Origin: Lobosporangium transversale
Lineage: Eukaryota
Direction: 5' to 3'
DNA: 64,000 bases
NCBI RefSeq assembly: GCF_002105155.1
Contig: NW_019029020.1
Coordinates: 124,001-188,000, forward strand
Both the position numbers and the translations under genes were made by a program. This document shows, one piece after another, positions 38,015-51,042 of this stretch (within the stretch, counting starts at the first letter, position 1; each line of letters opens with the position of its first letter). The notes under the pieces are model-generated. The model did no database searches. It saw only the letters and a program-made list of their open reading frames with translations, and was not told where the DNA came from.

Positions 38015-39609
38015 GATCAACAGAAATAAATTAATGAATAACAAAAAGAAAGTCTACATGACAGAAAAACGACATGACGGAATAAAAAAGCTTGTACAAG
38101 ATATCACGTGCAACGGTCGGTATGGTCCGTGCGTCTGTCAGGGTCTCCCTGAAAAAATGCAATGCTACCAACTGTTATGGTTGAACGAGTTGAGCAAACA
38201 ATACTTGCTTAGGGGTTATGCTTCATTGGGTTGAGCAACAATCTTGTTTCTTTTGAGAATTGTATGAGTTTTATTCTGCACTCGTGCCTCATTGCGACTG
38301 CACAGACCAGTCAATACTAAAATAGCCTTTAAATATTGGACGTTGTATTGCGCACAGCCTACAGCAGTGTGTAAAGTACATTTTTAAAGACCCTTAAAAA
38401 GACATGTTTTGAAAGGTGGACTTTGCAGCTTGGCGATGTTTTTCCATTCCAATTTCAAGGTATCACAGGGCCTAAAAGGGAAAGCAACAAAAGACTATGC
38501 GAAATGCGCGCTTTTGACCATAGCCCCTAGATGTTGTTACATGGTGGAGCAGCGCTCTGAAAATGATCAAGAGGCTCCATGTGTCCTATTCGGGCACTGA
38601 AGGCTTGGTGCCCGGCATAACCGCAGATATAAACCAAGGGGAGAGAGCCACTAGTAAGAAGCTGAAGGGATTGTGACCGAAGGACCGAGCGTGGGTCCAC
38701 TAAGAACTGTTGATGCTGTTAGCCCCGTTTTTATTTCTTCAACTAACGGTAACGCTGTAGCAGCCGCTCCCGAGTATTGAAATCATTAAAGCAAGATCAA
38801 GGTGTATTCGGACTAACTGTAGAGCCCTGACATCATCTCGTTGAGCAATTGAGGGGGAACATCATAATACAAACGAGCACCTTGTGACCACAACAATTTA
38901 TCCAACATTCAACACCATCTGGTTCCTACATGATAGAAATCCATCTAAGCTGCTCTGATTGCTCCTCATTCTCAAGAAACGGTTTTCATATATATTTAGC
39001 CTATATTTGGTTACCAGAATGGCATTGCCATCCAGATAGACCTCAACGCTGTCAAGGATTCTTACCAGAATCCTTACTGGATCCTCCTTGCTTGACAAGA
39101 GATGCTTTGAGCGTGACTGCCAAAAGTGGCTGCGCGTCAAAAAAAAAAAAAAAAAAAAAAAAGCGCGTCGTGTCATCATTGTCAGTGCCACACACGCGTG
39201 GCAACATTGCGCATTTTTTTTACTGAAAAGAAACAGGCGAATGGTGAAAAGGGTAACGGCTTTCTTTCTTTTTTTTTTTTTTTTTTTTTTTTTTTTGAAG
39301 CGAAAATAGAATGTGTTCGAGCCTAATAGTTGACCCTGATCTCATTGTGCCGTTGTCCACAGCGCAGTAACAAGCATGGCCGCCTTTAATATTATATAAT
39401 CCTTAATAATTGATTTGAATCTTTAGTCTCCTTTTTTTATCTCTCTTTCTTCTTACTTGACAAGATCCTACAGCTCAGGGACAAGGAGGGGAAGAGGAAA
39501 TGGCATAGCATAATGGTCATGCAATGACAAGATCAAACAAAGAGCCATTGCAACAAGTATACAATACAACAGAGACACAAACATGCGTTTTCAGGAACAT
39601 GAATAAGAA

Positions 39610-39645
39610 CACAGACTATACAGACTATACAGACTATACAGACAA
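39610..39645. repeat. Short tandem repeat (ACAGACTAT)x3+
   Basis: acagactat acagactat acagactat acagac read directly, upstream of the kinase gene. Confidence 0.8.
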
Positions 39646-39946
39646 ACAAATGCTCCTTCAATCTCAAACCCCCCTTTATTCTTTTCTCGCGGTCATTCTT
39701 GTTGTAATCGTTGTTGTTTGTCCTTATAAAGAAGGCACATTGATCCTCTTTGAACTGTTGTTTTCTTCCTCTTCCTCTTCTTCTTGTTTCCTCACTTTTT
39801 TATGTGCCTATTCTCACCACTATTCCCTTAGTTACACATTCGCATTCATTCTCCACATTCAACAACTCATTTCATTTCATTTCCTTCCTTACAATTACAA
39901 CTTTCTTTTATTTTTTTCTTGATATATTTTCTTAATTGCATCCAAC

Positions 39947-40452
39947 ATGGTAACAAAAAAAAAAAAAACTTACTCCTCTACTGTCTTTACTGAGATATCT
40001 TCCAATACCTCAGTGTAAACACTATCCTCTCAATTGGCTTTATATTATCCATGTTATTGACAGTTATTTTGTTCTTCAACTGCCATGAAAATAATATATA
40101 TAAACATGTAAAAGAGCGCATCCAGCCAACTTGATCCAGAAGAATATTACGTCAAGCTCGAGCGCATCGGTAAGGATCATCAATCGTTACACTTGTTCTT
40201 CCACTGGAACAAATGGAACTCTGCCTCACTGGATAGAATGGACCTTTTGTAGCTTACTTCAAGCAACATTCATCATGCTATTTATTTCCTAGTCATTTTT
40301 TTTTTTCTAACATTCGCTTCAACCTTTTTTTTTTATTTACTTGTTGATGTTTGTGTCTATAGGTAAAGGATCGTTCGGAGAGGTTTTTAAAGGGTAAGTA
40401 AGCCCTAACAGAGTCAGCGGGCGAGAATGAGCGAATGGATTGGAGCCCATCT

Positions 40453-40484
<32 letters not shown>

Positions 40485-41369
40485 CCCTTTGAGAGTCATT
40501 CTTTACAACATGGGCAAAGTCGTTTGTCTCCTTTTTTTTTATCTCAATGGGTTCACAAGCAAAGAGATGAACACACGCACACAAACAATACACACACACA
40601 AGATATGATCAGGTGTGTTCGCCCCTCTCTTCCTTTTGTCCTTCTTTTCTATAGTTTTTTTTATTTGGAGAGGGGTTCATCGTCATCTTGCCAGCCAACA
40701 CGTCCTCCTCCTGACTCTTTTTTTATTATTAATATCATTATCATTCATATCATTATTAATATTTGGTCGCATGGCATGCGTGTTACAGCAACAGTTTTTT
40801 TTGTTTATTCCCTTGAATCTGTCATGATCAAGAAGAATAAATATTAATGAAAGAACAAGCCAAAGAGATTTGAAAGAAGAATGACGAAGTATCGGGATAG
40901 TGATAAAAAGAGAACCGCGCGATGATGTTTATGGAGGAAGGGGAGGCTATGCTACCTCCTATTCCCTCCCCCTTTTTATCCACCTCTCTCCTTTTGTCCC
41001 CTTGATGTCTGTTCTTTTAGTCGATGTGTGTTTTTTTTTTTCCCTCAACAACGCCTTAACCGTCAGCCTGGGGCTGTTCTGATGCATACAGTACAGCTTT
41101 TTTATTTTTATGTTGCTCATGGTTTTCCATCCTCCCAAACCATAACCCCTATTTTTTATCTTTTACATCGATTGAGTTGAAATGAATTGAACTATAATAC
41201 TATTGTATTGTCCATGAATGATGTCTTTAGAATCGACCGCAGAACAAAAAAGCCAGTAGCAATTAAAATCATTGACTTGGAGAATGCAGAAGATGAGATC
41301 GATGACATCCAACAAGAAATCAATATTCTATCACAACTGGATTCACCCTATGTGACAAGGTTAGTTATG

Positions 41370-41405
<36 letters not shown>

Positions 41406-41633
41406 CTTCAAGGATGTATATTTTCTTGTTTATCTCATGTCAAATTTCCTTTTCGGTCTTTGGTCCTATAGATACTTTGCTTCATTCCTAAAAGGCGCTA
41501 ATCTATGGATCATCATGGAGTACTGCTCCGGAGGGTCTTGTTCCGACTTGGTAAGAGGAGTTGGGCAGACATCTAATTGCTATTGCTGCTGTTGTACTCC
41601 ATTGTTGTACTCCATTGTTGTTTTTACCATATT

Positions 41634-41667
<34 letters not shown>

Positions 41668-43410
41668 ATCTGCTGATTAGGGGGGGGGGGGGTTGTGTGG
41701 GGGAGAGAAAAGTATAAACATTCAAACACTAAAGGAAACTAACAAAAAAGAGTTCTCCCACGTTTTCTACAAACCTATTTAGATGAAAGCTGTAACATTT
41801 AAAGAGGACTATATTGCAATCATCGCTCGCGAGCTACTCAAAGGCCTAGAATACCTACATGGCGAGGGTAAACTACATCGAGGTAAGGATTTCGCTTCTC
41901 TTTCTTTGTTATCAATGACTGTAAAAAAAAAAAAAAAAAAAAAAAGAACCTCAAATAACAAAAAGCCTTTTTGTTTGTTTGTTTGTGAACCTGCTTATCA
42001 TCTGGCAATCATAATAGACATCAAAGGTAAATGAAATGACTAGCAAACGTAATCCAAAGGGAGGATGTACATGTGTGCATGCATACACTTGTTGCATGAA
42101 GTATTACTGTTGAAGTATCTCAAACTATCCAAGCGACGCGACATCGGGAGTGACGCAAATCTCCTATGCAGACGCGCATTGAATATCCACATCATTCATT
42201 CCTATAAGTTTCAATGGAGCCTCCATCATCCGCCACCTGGACCAGCAGTCGTAACACACATTTATATCCATATTGAGGGAGAGAGAGCAAGAGGAAGAAA
42301 GATGGATTAAAATCCTAACCCAAGGAACCAAAAAGCAATAATTCCTCTCCCCGAACAATTCTAATTCATTCGGTTATTGACCAATAACTTTCCCACACCT
42401 CCTTTTTTTATTTTATTTTTTGGTCCTTTTTGTTGTGTAATTAGCGGCCAATGTCTTGTTAACCGCAGGTGGTGACGTTAAGCTGGCTGACTTTGGAGTA
42501 TCAGGCCAGGTAAGTTTAGTTTAGTCTCGCGTTTCTCATGCCACACAGACGCTGGCACAGACACAGATGGGCGAATGCAAACACGACTTTATGCCCACAA
42601 ATTCAGATCCAAAGTCCAAAATACGCATATGAACTCACTCTTTTTTTTTCCTTTCTTTCTTTTTTTTTTTTGTACCTAATTCACGCAATTCAAAATGAAT
42701 AGCTCACAGCGACTATGACAAAGAAGGTTACATTCGTTGGCACACCTGTATGTTGCTTCTTTATGTGCATTATTAAGAACCGATTACAAGCACGTTTTTA
42801 CCTTGATCTTGGGGTTTATCGTACATTGAATAACGGTTTTTTCTTTCTTTTTTTCTTTTTATCCCTACTACCAGTTTTGGATGGCTCCTGAAGTGATCAA
42901 GCAATCGGGTTATGACAACAAGGCAGACATTTGGTCATTAGGCATCACAGCCATCGAACTTGCAAAAGGAGAGCCTCCATATTCGGATATCCATCCCATG
43001 AAGGTGCTCTTTTTAATCCCCAAAAATAACCCTCCTGTGCTCGAGGGTAACTACTCCAAGGCCTTCAAAGATTTCGTCGCTGCTTGCTTGCAAAAAGACC
43101 CAGCCCTGGTAATGCATTTGCAACCTTAAAAAAAAAAAAAAACATATTATTGAAGCTTGTCTTGTTTATTTATTAACGTAAATATCAAATTATATATTAC
43201 AAAAAATTATAGCGTCCATCAGCAAAGGAACTCTTAAAACATAGATTCATTCGCAATGCCAAAAAATCCTCTTATCTCACAGAGTTACTGGAAATCCATG
43301 AGCGTTGGGTAGCAGAGGGCGGTGTTCATGATAATGATTCATCAGATGACGATGGCGACAAGTATGTCTTTTTTTTTTTCTCTTCTATACAAATGTTCCC
43401 TTAGAATTTG

Positions 43411-43442
<32 letters not shown>

Positions 43443-44348
43443 TTTTTTTTTTTCTAAACTACTATATCTCCTCCTTCTTCACAATCTTATTAGCAATCGG
43501 TACGAGGACGCTGAGGATGGAGGTTGGGATTTTGGAACTGTACGTGTCCCAGATGGGTTGGCGGCAACGACATCAAAAACAAGGACAGCAGATTCCGTAC
43601 CAGTCGTGCCAAGCATGCCCTCACCGCCACCAATCAACATGTCGAACCAACAATTACCACAGAGTCGTAATTCAGGATCCTTAGGGAGCCAAAACCATAT
43701 ATACCAAAACGGTTATCATGCCGGGAACGCTAGTAATATCAACATCAATAATCAATACCATCATAGTAACGGCAGGACCAATGGCAGTAGCAAAGTTAAC
43801 GGCAATGGCTCTCACCGAAGCGAAGATGTAAGTTTTTTTTTTTTTTTTTTTCTTCTATTTTTTTTCCTTGTATCTAAAGCATTGAAGCTGACAACGAGTC
43901 CTCCTTTTTTTTTTTTTCTTCCTTCTTTCTTAATCTGGTAAAAATAATAAAGGGAAAGTTGATGGATACTGGATATGATACTGTTCGGAATCAGCACTAT
44001 CGGAACATAGCAGCACAGGAACAGCGCAAAGATCGACCTGTATCGAGCGACCATTCTCGAGATAAAGTCTACCAAAAATTTGTCAGACCTGTCTTGACCA
44101 ACGTAAGTCTAAATTTTGATCACATTGAGTTAAAGGAAAAGGTTGCAGCGCATCCACACACACACACACATATATATATATTTACTGTTTTTATTTTTGA
44201 TCATCTATAGTTGCATAGCTTGTGTCATCGTGATAGTGAACGGCGTACGATTGAAGACCTAAAGCTGGCGTTCGAGAATGCAGAACTTGAGATCCCAGGG
44301 ATCACACGATTATTTGTCAAAGGCTTAAGCGAACAACTAAACGGATAA
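39947..44348 (+). CDS. Ste20-group GCKIII kinase (STK24/STK25/MST4-like), ~14 exons including an ATG-only first coding exon and a 9-nt microexon
   Basis: [101 protein letters not shown]-terminal [19 protein letters not shown] resembles the GCKIII dimerisation domain. Confidence 0.92.
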
Positions 44349-44784
44349 AAAAAAAAAAAAGAAAAGAAAAAAAAGAAGAGTAGGACGACGACGGATCCTA
44401 TAACATGTGTTTTAATAATAACTGTATGCCAAGATATTGTTCTGATGAGCCTATATATCCTCTTGCAATACACCGATACAGCCTCCTTCCCCCTCCCCCC
44501 CCCCAAAAAAAAAAAAAACCAAGCACTTCCTCATTCATTTGTGCCTGTGTATATCAGTAGTTCGGAAATACAACTCAACGATCCTATTATGTTTTTGTTA
44601 TCATACCCCTTTTCTTTACCCTCTTCTTTCTTTTTTGCTTGTTTATTTTTTATGTTTGTATCAAATAAAGATCTTTTTATATCTGTTAATAAACTTGTAT
44701 ATTTTTTAGAAAAGAATATGTAAGGATAATGAGCAAAATGGGAACAGGGACAATTGAGAATAGGTTAAGAGTCTACAGAAGAAT

Positions 44785-44821
<37 letters not shown>

Positions 44822-44822
44822 T

Positions 44823-45443
44823 TCACAACCGGTGAAGAGCCATTTCCCAGAAGGAGACCTCAAGCCTAGTGGCAGTCCTGAAAATCTCTTCCATATGTTT
44901 GAGACGATGTGTCGATGGCTGCTGGACATTGCACTGGCGTTCCAAGTTGGCTAATTTTTTTTTTTTTTTTTTTGTGAGTTGAAGGTGCCAAGAAATAACA
45001 GCAGTGGAAAGTTAGTGGAAGGACGAGTGATGTTAAAAAAACAAAAACAAAAACAAAAACAAAAACAAAAACAAAAACAAAAACAAAAACAAAAACAAAA
45101 AAAAAAAAAACTTACCGATGCCACGAGAGACTGCAGCTTGATAATCATCACTCGCGTAAGTCTTGATCCAATCCCAGTAAGGGTTCTTGTCTGTGCCCGT
45201 GACAGTGTTAGGATCACTATAAAGACGACGACCAATATGTCCATATCCAATTAAGCAAGGTGCAATCGCCAAACCTAGATCCAAAAGATCGCCCGTCATA
45301 CCAATGTCGAGTACATAGCGCGTGTAGGCGATATTACCCATGCTCTCTGGCGTTTTGATCATCTCTTCATATGAGATCCCCCATTTGGCGCAGTACTAAA
45401 ATTAAACATGTAAAAAAGAAAATTTTAGTAAGGACGCTCTGAA

Positions 45444-45480
<37 letters not shown>

Positions 45481-47266
45481 AAGCAAGAAAATGTGCGGAC
45501 AAAATAAAATAAAATTAACAAACATACTTCAATGTGCAGCTCAGACTCCTTAGCAATATACACGATAATGTCTGCAAAAGCCTTTGATTCCTCTATAGTC
45601 CTCGCCTTTGCTGCTCCGAGACCATGTGCACGTGCATAGGTCTGCAGGAACAAATAATCTTGCTTCATGTAATGAATAAAGCTTTCTCTGGGTAATGTTC
45701 CATCCGCTATCCCTTGTACAAAAGGGTGGTGTGTATACTTGTGCCAGTCATCAGCGCATGCTTTGAGCAAGTAGGACGTCAACGGACAAGGGTTGTAGCG
45801 CGTCGGTCTTGAATAGGATAGTTTATGGTGATTGATGTAAAGAGCATTAGGAAAGATAAAAGAAAGCAATGAAGAGTGATTAATTAGATGGATTTACATA
45901 CCTTTCAATAGAGCGAGGCACGACATGATGATAATGATTAAGGCATCCTTTGCCTTGTCCGACTGAGAACCCATCACGGATAGCTGACTGGACATATTCA
46001 CTGCCTTTGATGATCGCATCGATTGCTGTTAAAATAATGAAAAGGTAATTAATCTTAGTCTATTTTTGGCCTCTGTATGCATGTCTGCGTTTTTCTTGGC
46101 TTTTTTATTTTTTTTTTTTTTATCGTACGTTGCAGTCCCTTCGCCAGTTGGGCTGCGATGGCAGCGCTCAATGTGCATCCAGTGCCATGCGTGCTGCTCG
46201 TCCTCAAAAATTCCCTCTTCAACTCCATGAAAACTCCCACGCTGGAATCCCAGATCAGATCTATCAGTTCCAATTCTTCCATCTCCACTGAGAGATCATC
46301 CACTGAATTAAACAATTCCGGTGCTAGCGCCCGTCCCGAGCTCTTTAGAAAAGGTAAATGACCGCCCTTCAACAATACGATCGAAGATCCTAAACGACCA
46401 AGATCCTGAGCTGCCAATCGCATCTGCTCTAAAGAGTCGATTTTTTGATTAGGGTTGAATAAAGGGTTTTCTAGTTTTGCTTTCGATAAGATGTACTCTG
46501 CTTCTGGAACATTAGGTGTCAGAATTGAACAGAGAGGTAAGATCTCTTGGATCAAAGTCTCAATTGCTGATGTGTCTAACAGAGCTGCACCCGAAGACGC
46601 AATCATGACCGGATCCACGACCAAGTTAGGGATCGGCCGTGTCTCTGGATAGAACTTGCGGAGCGTCTTTGCAATGGCTGCAATGATCTCGGCATTACAC
46701 AACATGCCTAACGATAGTCAATAAATATTGGATAGAAAATATATATAAATCAAAACACGTCAAAACGATGGGGTAGAGACGGGTTAATATGGTTATGGCG
46801 TGGGAATAATTTTATTAGAATAAAAAAATAAAAAAAATAAAAAAAAAAGAGTACCTGTCTTGATGGCATCGGTTTCAATGTCAGAGAGGACAGCTTCCAA
46901 CTGTTGGGCCACAAAATCAGCGGGTATGGCATGGATACCATCGACTTTGAGCGTGTTTTGGGATGTGATGGATGTGATGACAGAAGTACCAAATGCCTCC
47001 AATGATGTGAAAGTTTTGAGATCAGCCTGAATACCAGCGCCGCTACAGGAACCAAATGCGGATGATAAAATAAAAGAAAAGAAAAAATCATTATCAATCT
47101 ATTCATACTCTTCGGTGCCTAATTTGTTTTCAAGTGAACATTTCTCATGGCTTTATGAGATGATGGTTAATTCTCCTTTTACTTACCCACCGCTATCGCT
47201 ACCAGCAATGGTCATGACCTTGAAAGGTTTGGTGACCTGGTGCTCGTGATGTTCAGTGGTAGCCAT
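44823..47266 (-). CDS. THI20: HMP/HMP-P kinase (ThiD) fused to TenA/thiaminase II, ~7 exons
   Basis: VMTIAGSDSGG|GAGIQADLKT, AIKTG|ML, VVDPVMIASSG, LTPNVPEA, LLKGGH and THGTGCTLSAAIA, then TenA motifs HPFVQGIADGTL, YMKQDYLFL, APCLIGY and TRLEVSFWEMA. Confidence 0.93.
45035..45110. repeat. (AAAAAC)n microsatellite grading into poly(A), within the last THI20 intron
   Basis: About 10 tandem AAAAAC units read directly. Confidence 0.9.
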
Positions 47267-47892
47267 GGTGATTTTTGTGGGTATAACTGCAATGAGTAGC
47301 AGAGGCGTGAATGAAACGAAATGAGAAGAAAGATTCAACAACAATGAACGAATGAATGAAGACAAAAAATGAAAGGAGAGCAAGGAAATATTCTCTTTCT
47401 CGGATCAATTTTTCGCACAGTCATTGGAGAGGGAGATATTGTTACTGGACATGTAAAGCACCCCATTGGCGTCGTTGACATCACTTTTTTTTTTTTTTCC
47501 TATCCTTGACAGTGGTTCCGATATTATGGATGATATATACCATTTGTACAACAGAGTATGGACCATTCGCCATGCTTTTTAAGGAACGCTTCTTTTTTTA
47601 ATCTTGATGAGTCGTAAGTTCATCCGTTGTTGGTGTGTATCACACACATAAACTTTAATTGTGAGAGGAGGAGTGAGATTCTTTTCTCTCTCGTACACAG
47701 AGCACTCCTTTTCTTTATTTCCTTCTCATTCCTGATTTCATTTCTTTTTTTTTTTTTTTTTTTTTTTTTCATTTGTTTGTGTGTTGATTCATTCACTTAT
47801 TCACCATTCCCATCGCCAGTTGAAAGGAAAAGGAAAGAAAAAAAAAATAAAAAAAAAATAAACTGTTTAAAAAATATAAAAAGATATCGATC

Positions 47893-48311
47893 ATGTCCAA
47901 GCCTACTGTCGATTACTCAGTCTATCTGGTCACTGATTCGGGGTTGAACCATCCTTCCAGGACTTTGCTTCAGTCAGTCGAAGACTCTATCCTGGGCGGT
48001 GTGACCCTAGTTCAGTTACGTGAGAAGGATCTTGACACACCAGCGTTCATTGATCTGGCACGCAAAGTACACGAGATCACAAAAAAGGTAGCAAACAACG
48101 TGAAGCTGTATCATATTTTTCTCTCTTTCTTTGTCTCTTTCTTCTTTCTCTTCCCTCTCTCTTCGCATCTCTCTCACTACAACTTCTATGGGTTTGTGAG
48201 GCCATATTGTAGGGCTAGCCTGACCACTAGCAAGTTAAACATATAAAAATAAATACGGATGAGGATCAGATTTTATCCAAGGATTCTTTTTGTTTAGATG
48301 GAGGATTGATG

Positions 48312-48342
<31 letters not shown>

Positions 48343-49758
48343 CGCGAACCATAGTATGGACAGAAGCTTTGAAGCAAATGAGCGTTCTTCATTATTGTAT
48401 CAACTTTATACAATAATTACCCATCATCCATCATTATAAAAATAAGTCAGATTGGCCATTGCCAATTGTACTTTTTTTTTTTTTGTCACTGTTTCCCACG
48501 CGATTTATCAACACCTTTTTATTTTTTTTTCCCTTAATTGTTACCTTTAAATATTGTATATAGCACAATGTCCCACTCTTGATCAATGACAATATCGAGG
48601 TGGCTCTTGCAATTGATACTGAGGGCGCGCACGTGGGTCAAGATGACATTTCCTGTACAGAGGCGCGTCGACTCTTAGGTCCCAACAAAATCCTGGGCAT
48701 CTCCACTGGCACCCCCGAGGAAGCTCAAAAGGCATTAGCAGATGGTGCAGACTATATCGGCATCGGAACCTGCTTCATGACTCAAACTAAATCTCCTAAA
48801 CGGACGTTGGGGCCCATCGGTGTCCGAGCCATTCTAGAAGCATTGCCCAAGGATCATCCTCTCAAGACCGTAGTCATCGGAGGAATCAAACGTGATAATA
48901 CTCGCCGCGTGGTCGAACACTCTGCAGGCCGCAATGGTCGTATTCTGGATGGCGTCGCAGTCGTCACCGGCATTGTCAGTGCCTCTGATGCCAAGGCTGC
49001 ATCTCAGGATTTATTACGGGAGTTCAGAACCGGATATGAAAACGCTTCCAACTACCTTCAGGGACAAGTCTCAAAAGAGAAGAAAAAGAGCATTGATGAA
49101 GTTCTCCAGAGTTTTCCTCAGTTGTTGACGACCTTGAGAGAAAAAGCGCCCTTGACACATCACATCTCTAATTATGTGGTCATGAATGATACTGCTAATG
49201 CTACCCTCGCTTTGGGTGGGTCTCCTATTATGGCACCTTCTGCTAGTGAGGCACAGGACCTCTCCAAGGTTGTTTCGTCTGTTGTTTTGAACATTGGCAC
49301 CTTGACTGAGTCCTTTGTTGAGTGCATGCTTGAAGCTGGTATGCCTTTTTTTTATCTTTATTGTTATTTTATTTTATTTTATTTTATTTTTTAGTTTGGG
49401 AGGAGAGAATTGCAATCAATGAAAGCTTCGACCAGCATTGAGATGTCATCGCTAATAACTTTATTTTGACCAATTTGCTATCAACTAGGCAAACATGCAA
49501 ACGCACAGTCCAAGCCAGTGATCTTGGACCCTGTCGGTGCAGGCGCTACTTCGCTTCGTGAGGCAACCGCCGCCCGCATCTTGAATCATGTTCATGTTGA
49601 TATCATCAAGGGCAATGCAGGCGAGATCTCAACCATCTCCAAGATTGTGGGCTGTGATTCTGAGAGTATCGCCATGCGTGGTGTCGACTCCTTGGGCAGT
49701 GGCTTCACAAATCCTGCTGCTGTTGTCCAAGCTCTGGCCAAACGTGAGAGTAAGTTTG

Positions 49759-49789
<31 letters not shown>

Positions 49790-50067
49790 CCCCGTTGATT
49801 CAACAGAAGGATCTGAGGCAGTTTATTAAAGCGCTTATTTCTTTTTTTTTGTTTTCGTTTTCGTTTTCGTTTTCAAGAATGCGTTGTTGCAATGACAGGA
49901 AAGATTGATTATGTCTCCGATGGCGTACGCACAGTTGCAATTGAAAATGGTCATGAGTACCAGGGCCGTATCACTGGGTCTGGATGCATGATTGCTTCCT
50001 CAATTGGGTCCTTTGCTGCCATCTCTACTGATGACCATTTTGCGGCCGCTGTTGCTGGGTAAGATAC

Positions 50068-50101
<34 letters not shown>

Positions 50102-50327
50102 ATCTGTCGAATATATATTTGTGGATGCATACTTGCATTATATTAACATCACTACTAAAAAACTTTTTAGCATTCTGGCCCTCAATTTGGCAGGCGAGCA
50201 TGCTGCTGCGCGTGATGATGTTCGTGGACCGGGTACTTTCAGAGCTGCATTCATTGACGAGATAGCTAACCTGAAGCCTGAGCAGGTGGTCAAAGAAGCC
50301 AGGATCAAAGCTATTCAGCTGAACTAG
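47893..50327 (+). CDS. THI6: Bifunctional thiamine-phosphate synthase (ThiE) / hydroxyethylthiazole kinase (ThiM), ~5 exons
   Basis: [40 protein letters not shown]; then [55 protein letters not shown] and GPGTF. Confidence 0.95.
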
Positions 50328-50602
50328 ACAAATATATACATTTATACTGTCTGTGTATCTGTCTGTGTATCAAGCAATTAGAATCAACATCATAACAATA
50401 CCGCAAATAAAAAATGTATAAAAAAAAAAAAATAAAAAAAAAAACGTTGTGTTTATTGCAATACGCATGCGGAGCATCTTTTTATTGTACAAAATAAATA
50501 TATATTTAATGTTGGTGTTTGACTTGATCCGAACCTGCACTTTGGGCTCTTTATTATTTGGTCCGCTCTTTCATTTCTTTTTCCTTTTGTTTTAACTTCC
50601 TA

Positions 50603-51011
50603 TTACATGATGAACATGAGATTGAGGTCCACGGGGTGACTAGAGCTGAGTTGTGGCTTCTGTGAGTACTTTGTTCGCAAGATATCACGGATGTTGTTGA
50701 GCAACTGAAGATAGGTTTGACGGGGATTTTGGCTCAATCTAGACATTATAACAATAACCAATATCAATAAATTAGTCAAGCCCTAACCCCTTTTTTTGTT
50801 TGTTTATTTGTTTGTTTGTTTAAAAAAAGTCTGGAGCGACCATCGACTTACGTTGTAATAAATGAAAAAGTCATTGCTCCAGTCATTCCAAAACCTTGCT
50901 CGTGTGCATCAGCTGATGTTTGGGTATCTTTACATCTAATTGCAGCAGGTACCAAGAATAAAAAGAATTAGAGAAGATTTAAAAGTGCTTTAGCATGTAG
51001 GAAATAATACG

Positions 51012-51042
<31 letters not shown>

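Noticed and set aside
38300..39200. GC-richer patch with a small hairpin (GGGCAC..GTGCCC) and short ORFs between IWR1 and the kinase
   Set aside because: No ribozyme, snoRNA or protein motif could be supported.
47044..47892. TPP riboswitch in THI20 intron 1 or the THI20/THI6 intergenic region
   Set aside because: The conserved CTGAGA and CCTGA..GATAA..GCG aptamer elements were not found on either strand by eye.
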